This document shows, one piece after another, positions 10,013-19,421 of a stretch of 64,000 bases of DNA. A model generated the notes under the pieces. That model was not told where the DNA came from. It ran no database searches and saw only the letters and a list, made by a program, of their open reading frames with translations. The DNA is from Singulisphaera sp. Ch08. GTDB lineage: Bacteria; Planctomycetota; Planctomycetia; Isosphaerales; Isosphaeraceae. The DNA lies in assembly GCF_045290345.1 (NCBI RefSeq), contig NZ_CP155447.1, positions 693,078 to 757,077 on the forward strand. Direction: 5' to 3'. Both the position numbers and the translations under genes were made by a program. Positions within the stretch are counted from its first letter, which is position 1. The number at the start of each line of letters is the position of its first letter.

Positions 10013-10573
10013 TTATTGGCGATCAGGAACTGCGGTTTCGTTGCTTGGAGCCACGGGCATCCCCGTAGACTCCGGCTCATGTTCATTTTTTGCGATCGTT
10101 GCATTGAGATCAAAGTTGATGGAGCCTCCTTGGGGTTCAACCTTGGCTCTCAGCCGCGTGCGTCCCAGGTCGGAATACTCGGCTGGCAACCGTTCCGTGG
10201 CCGACTTCAAGCCGGGCGACCCCGCATAGGGGTCGCGGGCACTCCGGCCCTGGGGATCGCCCTCAGCCGAGACCAGGTAACTGATGGCCACCTTGTAGTC
10301 GCCAGGCAAGGCGCCGGGAAAATACTGGGATCTCAACGTAAAGCGGCCATTCTCATCGGTTTCGCCCACACACGGACTGCCGCTCTCGGGAAGAAACGTC
10401 ACGACCGCCTTGGCCATCATCGGTTTCCCATGGAGTGTCACCACCCCATTCACGGGAACCAGCTTTCCGGGATCGACACCGGACTGAGGAACGCCCTCGG
10501 ATCCTCTGCAACCCATGGCGCCGACGATCGACACGCTTCCCAATAGCCAACACCAGATGGCACGTTTCTTCAT
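10013..10573 (-). CDS. Lipoprotein with a carboxypeptidase-regulatory-like beta-sandwich domain. This type is commonly found beside DUF1559 genes.
   Basis: The translation starts MKKRAIWCWLLGSVSIVGAMGC (signal plus lipobox) and continues ...LVPVNGVVTLHGKPMMAKAVVTFLPESG...ENGRFTL. Confidence 0.6.
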   Translation of the reverse strand: MKKRAIWCWLLGSVSIVGAMGCRGSEGVPQSGVDPGKLVPVNGVVTLHGKPMMAKAVVTFLPESGSPCVGETDENGRFTLRSQYFPGALPGDYKVAISYLVSAEGDPQGRSARDPYAGSPGLKSATERLPAEYSDLGRTRLRAKVEPQGGSINFDLNATIAKNEHEPESTGMPVAPSNETAVPDRQ

Positions 10574-10615
10574 GCGGATCTCATTTCTAATTCAGTAAGC
10601 AATGGTGCGAAATTC

Positions 10616-10790
10616 GAGTCTGTCACAAGCAAACCGGGCCCTCTGTCCGCCCCGTAGGCCGAAATTCGCGGGAGAAACTCGTTCCCACGCTCGACGTGGG
10701 AATGCCGTCCTGGCCGCTCTGCGGCCCTACCCGCCGGGGAAGACGACGCGGAGCGTGGGAACGAGATCCCGGTATCCTTGCTGCAGTCTC
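10616..10790. repeat. REP-like repeat, family A, long variant.
   Basis: It has the same core as 1709-1910, including the extra GTGGGAATGCCGTCCTGGCCGCTCTGCGGCCCTACCCGCCGG module. Confidence 0.8.
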
Positions 10791-10881
10791 CAAAATTCGG
10801 AACGTTGCGGGTCGTCAGAATGAAATACACGGCGATGTCGGATCGAGTTCGAAGCTCGACCGGCGAAACAACCAACGCTCG

Positions 10882-11358
10882 TCACGACTTCGTCTTGGCT
10901 CGGGAAGGCGCCTTGACGTCGAAGTCGTAGTCGCCTTTCTCCTCCGTGACCTGGATGCTGAACTCGTTCTTCATTTCAGCGGTTTGCGAAGGGACCTTCG
11001 AACCGGCGACGCCGATTCCAGCCGCGAGCTGTGCCTGGTAGGGGTCGTCCTCGAACCCCTCGGGAATCTTGAACCCGGGCGGCAACTCGACCTCGGGCGT
11101 AACCACCACCAGGTACTTGCCAAAGGACAGGCCGAGTCCGCTTTCCTGCTTCGCTTGATAATTCCCTTCCGGTCCGGACTCAGCGGTTCCCGGGGTCTGG
11201 TGGGCGTTGCTTGGATCGGGAATAAAAACCATGGACGCGTTGGCCAGCGGCTTACCGTTCTTCGTGACGATCCCCGAGATGGGGACGACCTTGACGCCCG
11301 AACCGCAGCCGAGCAAGCCGACCAGAACCAGCGGTAAAATCGATCGCAATCGTGTCAT
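10882..11358 (-). CDS. Lipoprotein with a carboxypeptidase-regulatory-like domain, paralogue of 10013..10573.
   Basis: Translation of the chosen start gives MTRLRSILPLVLVGLLGCGSG (lipobox) followed by ...VVPISGIVTKNGKPLANASMVFIPD... The chosen ATG is at 11356-11358. The ORF track extends to 11409. Confidence 0.6.
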   Translation of the reverse strand: MTRLRSILPLVLVGLLGCGSGVKVVPISGIVTKNGKPLANASMVFIPDPSNAHQTPGTAESGPEGNYQAKQESGLGLSFGKYLVVVTPEVELPPGFKIPEGFEDDPYQAQLAAGIGVAGSKVPSQTAEMKNEFSIQVTEEKGDYDFDVKAPSRAKTKS

Positions 11359-11417
11359 TGCCAAGGCTCCCCGTAAGGTTGACATCGAGATCGCCCGGAC
11401 GAAATCCACCTATTCCT

Positions 11418-11531
11418 GAGTCTGTCGCAAGGAAACCGGGCCGTCTGTCTGCCCCGGAGGCCGAAAATTCGCGGGAGAAACTCGTTCCCACGCAGAGCGT
11501 GTGAACGAGATCCCGGTATCCTTGCTCCAGC
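11418..11531. repeat. REP-like repeat, family A, short variant.
   Basis: It has the core GAGTCTGTCGCAAGGAAACCGGGCCGTCTGTCTGCCCCGGAGGCCGAAAATTCGCGGGAGAAACTCGTTCCCACGCAGAGCGTGTGAACGAGATCCCGGTATCCTTGCT. Confidence 0.8.
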
Positions 11532-11695
11532 CCTTATTCCTTCACTTACAGCGATTTACCCTCGCGTCGCTTACATCGTTGTAACCGGGGTCTGTGACCC
11601 CGGGGCGAATGCCAAGACCGGGGTCACAGACCCCAGCGACAAAAGGGTTTCGGTCGCCATGATCCGCGAGCGACCCGATGGTAAACCGCGTTAGG

Positions 11696-11874
11696 TTAGA
11701 GCGGTTTACGATCGCATTGCGCACGGTGGAGGAAAACGGGGACTGGCTCCCGGCCCGCTCCATGCTCGGCTTTTCCGGACGACCTGGCGGCCGGGTGCCT
11801 GTCCCCATTTTCCGCACGTGCTCCTGAGTCTTGAGACCAACCACCGTGCGCAACGCATCCGCAAACCGCTCTAA
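11696..11874. mobile_element. MITE-like element, family B, with ~33 bp terminal inverted repeats.
   Basis: The left end is TAGAGCGGTTTACGATCGCATTGCGCACGGTGG and the right end is CACCGTGCGCAACGCATCCGCAAACCGCTCTAAG, which are reverse complements. A second copy lies at 22877-23130. Confidence 0.7.
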
Positions 11875-11917
11875 GCACGTGGACCTGGTCTTTCTTTGCA
11901 TTGAATCATGTGCAAAT

Positions 11918-12005
11918 CATGGGTGCCACGGGTTGTACTCAACCCGTGAGCCAAAAACCCGGGCAATCGTTCACGGGTTGAGTACAACCCGTGGCACCCG
12001 ACGGC
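11918..12005. repeat. Long perfect inverted repeat (hairpin, ~29 bp arms).
   Basis: GGGTGCCACGGGTTGTACTCAACCCGTGA ... TCACGGGTTGAGTACAACCCGTGGCACCC. Confidence 0.7.
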
Positions 12006-12060
12006 GATTGCAGCACCTCGGTCACCTATCAGAAAATCAAAGAAAACTGAGACCAACGGC

Positions 12061-13128
12061 TTAGAAGGAGTCAGAACTGATCACCTCGTTCCCCGCGATC
12101 GTCGCAAGGCTCCACCACGAGTAGACGTTGATCGAGTCCTTGATCCAGCGAACGCCGCCGTCCGCCATCAACATACTGACCCCGCCGGGGTGCCTGCTGC
12201 TAAACACCTGACCGTACGGCTTGACGGCCTGGTTGGGGGGATACTGATTCGGCTTGTAATTCCGGCTCGACGGGGCGTTGGGGGTAAAGACAAGCACCTT
12301 CGCGTGGGTCGGGGGAAAGATCGTCCCATGTGTTGACGTGTGCGTGCCCGAGCCCCAGTAGGGGCCCATCGACACCTGAAATTTGTCCTTGACCGATTCA
12401 CCGCCCAGGAAAGTGTTGCTCATTCCATCCTGGATGTCGGAATCCTTCGTGGAGAGGTCGTTAAAGAAGGCTCCTCGAAGACTCGGGTTGGGCATGCCCG
12501 TCCCGCGAACCCCTGGGCAGTTATACTCGTTATACTGACATGAAGAGACCATATAATTGCTTCGCACCGCACTCTGTCGCGAATACGAGGATTTATCGCC
12601 GGAAGCCGAACTAATCCTTTCATCGGTTGCCGTATCAGACGGGCAGGCGAAAACCGACACGATCGAGCCCACCACGGTGGTGTTGACGACCGCATCCCCG
12701 AGTAGGGTGGTATTCGGTGGACCATTGTCATAGATCGTCGTGGACCACGCGGAGTTGCTCGACGGCTGGCTGAAGTTGTAAGCATTGTGAAGCGTGGACA
12801 ACTCAAGATAATTCAAGATCATCGTGAACACGGTTGTGTTCAGCACCAGACCCTGGCCGCCATTCGAATACTGGCATGACCCCGAGAAGATTTTCGCGGG
12901 GGGCAGACCCGTGTTCGAGGAGAGATAGTTGTGCATCGCCAAGCCGATCTGCTTCAGGTTGTTCGTACACTGAGACCGGCGGGCCGCCTCCCTCGCGGCC
13001 TGGACGGCCGGTAACAGCAGCGCAATGAGCACGGCAATGATCGAAATCACAACCAACAGTTCAATGAGCGTGAATCCCTGAATCCTCCGAGGACGCAGAG
13101 ACAGAGCCTCTCGCTGAGAAGGTCGCAT
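12061..13128 (-). CDS. DUF1559 / prepilin-type N-terminal cleavage-methylation domain protein.
   Basis: The translation starts [71 protein letters not shown] and has the C-terminus [27 protein letters not shown]. An AAGGAGAG lies 6 nt upstream of the ATG at 13126-13128. The ORF track extends to 13311. Confidence 0.9.
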   Translation of the reverse strand: MRPSQREALSLRPRRIQGFTLIELLVVISIIAVLIALLLPAVQAAREAARRSQCTNNLKQIGLAMHNYLSSNTGLPPAKIFSGSCQYSNGGQGLVLNTTVFTMILNYLELSTLHNAYNFSQPSSNSAWSTTIYDNGPPNTTLLGDAVVNTTVVGSIVSVFACPSDTATDERISSASGDKSSYSRQSAVRSNYMVSSCQYNEYNCPGVRGTGMPNPSLRGAFFNDLSTKDSDIQDGMSNTFLGGESVKDKFQVSMGPYWGSGTHTSTHGTIFPPTHAKVLVFTPNAPSSRNYKPNQYPPNQAVKPYGQVFSSRHPGGVSMLMADGGVRWIKDSINVYSWWSLATIAGNEVISSDSF

Positions 13129-13485
13129 GTTACTCTCCTTCACGATCGGACAAGGAATGGATGTCGCGTCGGAGGTAATGAAAGATCCGACGCCGGCTGG
13201 ACTTTCCATCGGGAGAACGACATCGAGAGCCGATACCCGCAGCCGAGAATCAACCCCAACTCGGCGCGGCGATGGCTCGGAAGCTTCGGCCGTGTCAGCA
13301 TGCATAACCACAAGCCTATTCGTTCACAAAACCCATCCGGGCCTCAAGCGGTGGGGGGGACCATTCAGGCACACGTCGATCCTCACGGGCTGTCTCAAGT
13401 CGGATCGCCTGATTTGCTTCAAAACAAGGATGCCAGGCGAGTCAGTGTCGATCTCTGATCGATTGACGAGGAGAACCATCCGGGC

Positions 13486-14880
13486 TCAGAAGAGAGCGGC
13501 GATCGATTCGCCCTCACAGACGCGGAACGGCCGGCCCTGTCGGTCGCGAATTTCGAGGTCGGTCCGGATGCCCAGGGCATGATAGATCGTCGCGGCGATG
13601 TCCTGGGGTGAGACGGGGTGGTCTCGCGGATAGGCCGCATGCTGGTCGGAGGAGCCGTAGAGTTGCCCCCCCTGGATCCCACCGCCGGCCAGCACGGCCG
13701 TCTGACACGATCCCCAGTGGTCGCGTCCGCCGAACTTGTTGAGTTTGGGCGTGCGTCCGAACTCCCCGTACATGGCCACGATCGTCTCGTCGAGCAATCC
13801 GCGTTGCGACAGGTCTTCCAGGAGAGCGGAATAGGCAAGGTCTAGCGGCGGCAGCAAGTAGTCCTTCTTGAGCATGCCGCAACAACTCAAATTGGGTCCA
13901 CCATGAGCGTCCCAAATATTCATCACGTTTCCATTGGGCTGGATGTAATGCCAGACGACGGAAACGAGCCTCACACCCGCCTCGACGAGACGACGGGCCA
14001 GCAAGAAGCTTTCGCCGTATTCGTTCCGTCCGTAGCGATCCCGGAGTCTCGGATCTTCCCTCTCGAGGTCGAAGGCGTGCTTGGCCTCGGGGCTCGTGAG
14101 CATTCGCACCGCTTGCTGGCGGAAGATGTCGAGGCCGAGAGGGGAATCGGGCCTGACCTGGTCGAGCCGTCGATCAAGGTTTTCGATCCGCTGGAGGATG
14201 CTGTACCGGTTTCGAAGTCGCCGATCGCTCAATCCGTCGGGAAGTTCCAGGCTATGGGGGGGCGGCCCCTCGACCTCCCCCGGCGGCTTGAGTTCAAGCG
14301 GGTCGTATTGAGGACCGAGGAACCCCGCATGGGTCCCCGAGTAGGTCACGCCGTCATGACCGACCGGACGCGGAATCGTCACGGTCGCGGGAAGGTTGCC
14401 CGGTGGCGAGAAGCGGGCGACGACCGAACCGACCATCGGAAAATCCGAACGACGCCTCTGTCGTGGAGCCCCCGCAAGAGTCGGGTCGATCGTGCCGGTC
14501 AGTGTGTGGTAGACGCTCGGGACGTGGTCGTTGCTCTTGTGGGTGAGTGAGCGAACGATGGCCATCTTGTCGCTATGCTGCGCCATGAGAGGCAAGTGGT
14601 CACAGAAGTCGATGCCGGGAGTCACGGTCGCCACCGGAGAGAATTCGCTCCGAATCCCCTCGGGAGCGTTGGGCTTCATATCCCACAGGTCCTGCTGTGG
14701 CGGGCCGCCCCAGAGGTAGAGCAGGATGCAAGACTTGGCGCGTCCGCCGCCGCGAACCTTGCTTCCCTCCAACGACTTCAGGGACTCGGCGTGAAGCAGA
14801 CCCGGTAGAGTGACCACTCCGGCCCCGATCTGCCCGAGCCGGAGCATGAGATCACGGCGAGAGAGATTCGAGTCGTTCAT
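13486..14880 (-). CDS. DUF1501 domain protein (sulfatase-like fold) with a twin-arginine signal.
   Basis: The Tat-like N-terminus reads MNDSNLSRRDLMLRLGQIGAGVVTLPGLLHA. Family-typical blocks include ...GGGRAKSCILLYLWGGPPQQDLWDMKP... and HWGSCQTAVLAGGGIQGGQLYGSSD. Confidence 0.85.
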   Translation of the reverse strand: MNDSNLSRRDLMLRLGQIGAGVVTLPGLLHAESLKSLEGSKVRGGGRAKSCILLYLWGGPPQQDLWDMKPNAPEGIRSEFSPVATVTPGIDFCDHLPLMAQHSDKMAIVRSLTHKSNDHVPSVYHTLTGTIDPTLAGAPRQRRRSDFPMVGSVVARFSPPGNLPATVTIPRPVGHDGVTYSGTHAGFLGPQYDPLELKPPGEVEGPPPHSLELPDGLSDRRLRNRYSILQRIENLDRRLDQVRPDSPLGLDIFRQQAVRMLTSPEAKHAFDLEREDPRLRDRYGRNEYGESFLLARRLVEAGVRLVSVVWHYIQPNGNVMNIWDAHGGPNLSCCGMLKKDYLLPPLDLAYSALLEDLSQRGLLDETIVAMYGEFGRTPKLNKFGGRDHWGSCQTAVLAGGGIQGGQLYGSSDQHAAYPRDHPVSPQDIAATIYHALGIRTDLEIRDRQGRPFRVCEGESIAALF

Positions 14881-15312
14881 GTGTTCCTTCTCAGTGGGGA
14901 GACCTTGTGACGGTCAAAGCAACGTTTGCTAGCGGCGAAAGCGGAAGGCCCAGCTAACTCTCTACAAGACACCAGCAATCCACACAATTCACACGTTGCA
15001 AAAGGTGGTTATGACCACGTGCAATCTCTCTTCCAATCCGTCAAAAACACCAGCCGTGTCATACGGCCGAGTCTTCATCGTTCGCCTCCCGATTTCGATT
15101 TCACCTAATGATTTCCTTACTAATGATTCCTGCCAGCTCAACGACTCAACTCCCATTGATTTTTCCACACATTTACACACTCAGTATTCAATCAAGCAGT
15201 CTCAAAAGCTCGCCAAACCAAGGGTGAGCACTTGAAGAGCAAGCTGGGCGGCTCGGCTCCGATCAGTCGTATCGATCCCATCGCTTACCAACACAATCCG
15301 CTGAAGACGCGT

Positions 15313-15415
15313 GCCGACCCCGAGGGAATTACGGCCGGGCCGGCCGGGCTACTGCAAACCAATCCGGTGCGGGAACCGCATGAATCATCGGGTCTTTCGC
15401 TCTTTCGCGGATCGT
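15313..15415. repeat. Interspersed repeat, family C.
   Basis: The sequence is GACCCCGAGGGAATTACGGCCGGGCCGGCCGGGCTACTGCAAACC...TCTTTCGCTCTTTCGCGGATCGTTG. It sits in the divergent intergenic region next to an AT-rich patch. Confidence 0.75.
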
Positions 15416-15843
15416 TGAAAAGGAACCCGTACCGAGCGTAGAGAACGCGAACCATCAAAACGCGATCCAGGTCAGCATGCCACCCGATCCAAACCGGGCT
15501 GGTCTCCACACCCGGGAAAGGCGCCGCGCTGGTCGCGGGTTGGATCGAGGTAGCATACGGCGACGAAGGGTCTTATCACCGTTGATAAATTGAAAATGCC
15601 GCTTAAGAGCGGATTAAACTCTCAAACCAAACTCTCTTTCATGACGGCGCTCGCAAACACTCGATACGTCCCACTCTGCAAGGTCTGGGAAGGTCGGCGT
15701 CGCTTCATCGGACCGTACCTTTCAAGCTCTGAAGACACCCCGATCACAACTTCGCCAATCCTTTGTGTGCTTGACGGAAACCTTGCAGGTGCTTCAATAG
15801 GGCGAATCTCGCTCGATCTTGAGTCCAAGTTCCGAGACGATTC

Positions 15844-17043
15844 ATGTTCAACTTGGAATTGTTGGGGATTGAACCCATCATCAACGCTTCCGGCGCGGTA
15901 ACGCGACTCGGAGGTGCTCCCATGCCGGAAGCGGCCCTGGATGCGTACTGCGCCGCGGCGCGGACGTCGATCCCTCTGGACCATTTGCAGGGAGTGGCGT
16001 GTCGCGTGATCGCGGAGGTCACCGGCGCGGAAGCCGGCCTGGTCACGTCGGGCGCAGCGGCTGCGCTCACCCTCGGGGCCGCGGCCATTCTGACGGGTTT
16101 CGACCTGAATAAGATGGAGCGGCTCCCCCATTGCGAGGGGTTTCCTCATGAGTTCGTCATGGCCCGCGAGCAACGCAACGGCTACGACCACGCCGTCCGT
16201 GCGGCGGGTGCCCGCCTGGTGGAGGTCGGCTTCCACGAACCGGTTGCCGGATCGGGTGTGCGACGGGTTGAAACCTGGGAATATTCTAGTGCCTTTGGCC
16301 CTTCAACGGCCGGCGTCCTTTATGTCTATGGCTCGCGGTCGCGACCTCCCTTGGTGGAAGTGGTCGAGGCCGCGCACGACCATGGTTTGAGCGTGCTGGT
16401 TGACGCAGCGGGCGAATTGCCGCCACGTGCCAACCTGCACGACCTCATCGCCAGTGGCGCGGATCTCGTGGCGTTTAGCGGTGGAAAGGCGATTCGAGGC
16501 CCGCAGGCCACGGGGATCCTCTGCGGCCGGCGTGAGCTCGTCGGCGCCGCAGCCTTGCAAATGCTCGACATGGACGACCACTTCGAGCTCTGGGAGCCGC
16601 CGGCAAACCTGATCGACAAGGCACGACTCCCCGGACTTCCTCGCCACGGGATCGGCCGCGGAATGAAGGTTTCCAAGGAACAGATCGTCGCCCTGCTCGC
16701 GGCCCTACGTCTCTTCACCGAGGGGAGATACGACCAAGACCTGGGCGGTATGCAAGCCAATCTCGAGCGGGTGGCATCGGCGTTGGAAGCTTCGACAGTA
16801 CACTGCTCGCTGATCGTGCCGGCCGACGCCCAGAGCCTTCCGACACTCGAGATCCTCCTGGGCGAAGCGGAACTCGGCCGTTCCGCCTTCGAGGTCTGCC
16901 GTCGACTCCGTCACGGCAAGCCTCCGATCTATGTGGGCCACAGCTTGCTCGACGAAGGCAAGCTTCTGATCAATCCCCTGCACTTGAATGAGCATCGAAC
17001 CACGGTCCTGGCGAAGCGTCTCCGGGAGGAATTGTGCCGATGA
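15844..17043 (+). CDS. SelA-like PLP-dependent enzyme (L-seryl-tRNA(Sec) selenium transferase / DgaE-like family).
   Basis: The translation starts MFNLELLGIEPIINASGAVTRLGGAPMPEAALDAYCAAA... and has a PLP-lysine block FSGGKAIRGPQATGILCGRRELV of the kind found in SelA-family proteins. The stop overlaps the next gene's start. Confidence 0.6.
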   Translation: MFNLELLGIEPIINASGAVTRLGGAPMPEAALDAYCAAARTSIPLDHLQGVACRVIAEVTGAEAGLVTSGAAAALTLGAAAILTGFDLNKMERLPHCEGFPHEFVMAREQRNGYDHAVRAAGARLVEVGFHEPVAGSGVRRVETWEYSSAFGPSTAGVLYVYGSRSRPPLVEVVEAAHDHGLSVLVDAAGELPPRANLHDLIASGADLVAFSGGKAIRGPQATGILCGRRELVGAAALQMLDMDDHFELWEPPANLIDKARLPGLPRHGIGRGMKVSKEQIVALLAALRLFTEGRYDQDLGGMQANLERVASALEASTVHCSLIVPADAQSLPTLEILLGEAELGRSAFEVCRRLRHGKPPIYVGHSLLDEGKLLINPLHLNEHRTTVLAKRLREELCR

Positions 17044-19421
17044 ACGTGTTCACAAACGAAGAAATGCTCCTTCGGCTCGGGAAAGGCGAACCGATCGCAT
17101 CGGTTTGTTCCGCCGCCGGATTGACTCGCGAGGAGTTCGGCAGTTGGTGGAGAAACGAGTGTCGCCGACGAGTACCGGCCGATCGGGGCCGTCGACACTT
17201 CGGAAGCCTCGCACACAACGTCGAGATTCGCCGCGATCGATGGGGCATCCCCCATGTGAAGGCCGGCAACGATGCCGATCTGTTCTTCGGATTCGGCTAC
17301 GCCACTGCGCAGGACCGGCTGTTCCAGCTCGAGTACCTCCGTCGCAAGGCGCGAGGAACCTTGGCCGAAATCCTGGGCCCGCGGGCGACGGAATCTGACA
17401 CTCTCTACCGCACCATCGGACTCGCCGCCATTGCCGACGCCGAATGGGCCAGCCTGCCGCAAGAGACCCGGTTGTTACTGACAGCCTACAGCGACGGAAT
17501 CAATGCATTAATCGCGGAAAGCCTGGACAATCTCCCGGTTGAATTCTCACTCCTCGACTATCAGCCCGACCGCTGGGCCCCCACCGATTCTCTCGTGATC
17601 ACAGGCGAGTTTCGCTGGTATCTCACAGGCCGATTTCCGATCATCATGATTCCGGAGCTGGCCAAGCGCCACCTCGGCGACGGACCTCTTTACAACGCCT
17701 ATCTTCAAGGCGAAGCCGACGAGGAAAGCATCCTTCCCCGAAACCCCGCTTCCTCAGCCACCCGGAGCTCGGACCGGGTCGGAAGCACCGTGAGCGATCC
17801 TGGTGAGGGGCATGGCAGCAACAACTGGGTCGTGTCGAGCGCCCGGAGTGCCACCGGCAAGCCTTTACTCGCGAGCGATCCTCACGTCCCGTTCGGCGCT
17901 GTCTCGATCTGGCAGGAGATTCATCTCCAAGGAGGCTCCTTCAACGTGGTCGGAGCGGCCTTAGCGGGAATGCCGGCCATCATGGTCGGCCGAAATCCGC
18001 AAGTGGCGTGGGGGATCACCAACAACATCTGCTCGCAACGCGACCTCTACCTCGAACGGATTGATTCCGCCCAGCCGGACTGTTTTCTCTTCGATGGCGA
18101 GTGGGAGCCCGCATCCCGTCGTGAAGAAGTCATCAATATTCACGGGGCGGACAGTCAGGTGATGACCGTCCGATCCTCAAGGAATGGGCCGATCATCGAC
18201 CACCTCCTCCCCCCGAAGGCAACCGAAGCCGGCCCCGTCTCGGTCCGCTGGCTGGGAAAAGAAGCGTGCGGCTGGATTCCGGCCCTACTCGACATGGATC
18301 GTGCTCGCTCCTGCGAAGAGTTCCGCACGGCCACGAAGCCCTGGCTGGTGCCGACGTTCAACCTCGTCTTCGCGGATAGCGAGGGGCATATCGGCCACCA
18401 GACCACGGGCAGGATCCCCCTGCGTGAGGTCGCGACGAGGGGATATCGGCCGGGCTGGGATCCCCGGCACCAATGGAAGGGGCTGACTTCCTGGGACGAT
18501 CTGCCAAGCATGACCAACCCGAGCGGCGGCCTGATCGTGACGGCCAACAATCGGCTCGCGCCCGATGATTATCCCATCCCCCTTTCAGGAACATGGTCGA
18601 GCGGCTACCGAGCCCGGCGAATCCGGAGGCAACTGACCGACCAAACCGGATTGACGCTCAAACGCTTCCAACGCCTCCAACAAGACGTCTTCTCCGAACG
18701 AGCGGAAGATCACCTGCCGCATTTGCTCCGGCTGCTCGATGGCGAAACCGATCCCCGCGTCATCGAAGCCATCGACGTCCTCAAGGCATGGGATTGCCGG
18801 TCCGACTCAAATTCAGTCGCAGCCACACTCTTCAACGTCTTCTTCGAGGAGTGGTGTCGAACCGTCATGGCCGAACGTGTCCCCTCCGAAGACGTCGAGC
18901 TGCTCGCGGCCGGTGCGGGCGGCCTATCCGCCGCGCTCCTCATCGAGGATCAAGTCGGTTGGTTTTCCCTTCATCAACGCCAAGCGGCCGTAAGAAAGTC
19001 ATTCCACGCGGCGATTGATCGCCTGAGCAAGCGATTCGGCCCCGCCATTGGGGAATGGACATGGGGCCGGTTGCACACCTTGGTTCAAAAGCACTTCTTG
19101 TCGGGACACGGTGATCTTGGAGTTCTCTTGGATCGCAGTGGTCTCGCCATGAGCGGCGACGGCCACACCGTCTCCAGCTCGACGCCGGACGCGAACTTCG
19201 GGGCATGGCTTGGAGCAGGCTACCGCATGGTCGCGGACCTGGCCGACCCGAGACAAGGGATCTACGCCGTGGAGATCGGGTCCACCTCCGGACACCCCGG
19301 CAGCCCCCACTACGACGATCAACTGGCCCTCTGGTCGGATGGCGGTTACCACTACCTGGCCCTGCAAAACCCGGAAGAATCGGATTGGGCCGTACTTCAC
19401 TTGCAGCCGGAGGCCCCTTGA
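17040..19421 (+). CDS. Penicillin amidase / acyl-homoserine-lactone acylase family Ntn-hydrolase (S45), with no signal peptide.
   Basis: Blocks include ...VEIRRDRWGIPHVKAGNDADLFFGFGYATAQDRLFQLEYLRR... and the beta-subunit nucleophile block GSNNWVVSSARSATGKPLLASDPH. There is an ATGA overlap with the upstream gene. A GTG at 17034 is an alternative start. Confidence 0.8.
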   Translation: MNVFTNEEMLLRLGKGEPIASVCSAAGLTREEFGSWWRNECRRRVPADRGRRHFGSLAHNVEIRRDRWGIPHVKAGNDADLFFGFGYATAQDRLFQLEYLRRKARGTLAEILGPRATESDTLYRTIGLAAIADAEWASLPQETRLLLTAYSDGINALIAESLDNLPVEFSLLDYQPDRWAPTDSLVITGEFRWYLTGRFPIIMIPELAKRHLGDGPLYNAYLQGEADEESILPRNPASSATRSSDRVGSTVSDPGEGHGSNNWVVSSARSATGKPLLASDPHVPFGAVSIWQEIHLQGGSFNVVGAALAGMPAIMVGRNPQVAWGITNNICSQRDLYLERIDSAQPDCFLFDGEWEPASRREEVINIHGADSQVMTVRSSRNGPIIDHLLPPKATEAGPVSVRWLGKEACGWIPALLDMDRARSCEEFRTATKPWLVPTFNLVFADSEGHIGHQTTGRIPLREVATRGYRPGWDPRHQWKGLTSWDDLPSMTNPSGGLIVTANNRLAPDDYPIPLSGTWSSGYRARRIRRQLTDQTGLTLKRFQRLQQDVFSERAEDHLPHLLRLLDGETDPRVIEAIDVLKAWDCRSDSNSVAATLFNVFFEEWCRTVMAERVPSEDVELLAAGAGGLSAALLIEDQVGWFSLHQRQAAVRKSFHAAIDRLSKRFGPAIGEWTWGRLHTLVQKHFLSGHGDLGVLLDRSGLAMSGDGHTVSSSTPDANFGAWLGAGYRMVADLADPRQGIYAVEIGSTSGHPGSPHYDDQLALWSDGGYHYLALQNPEESDWAVLHLQPEAP

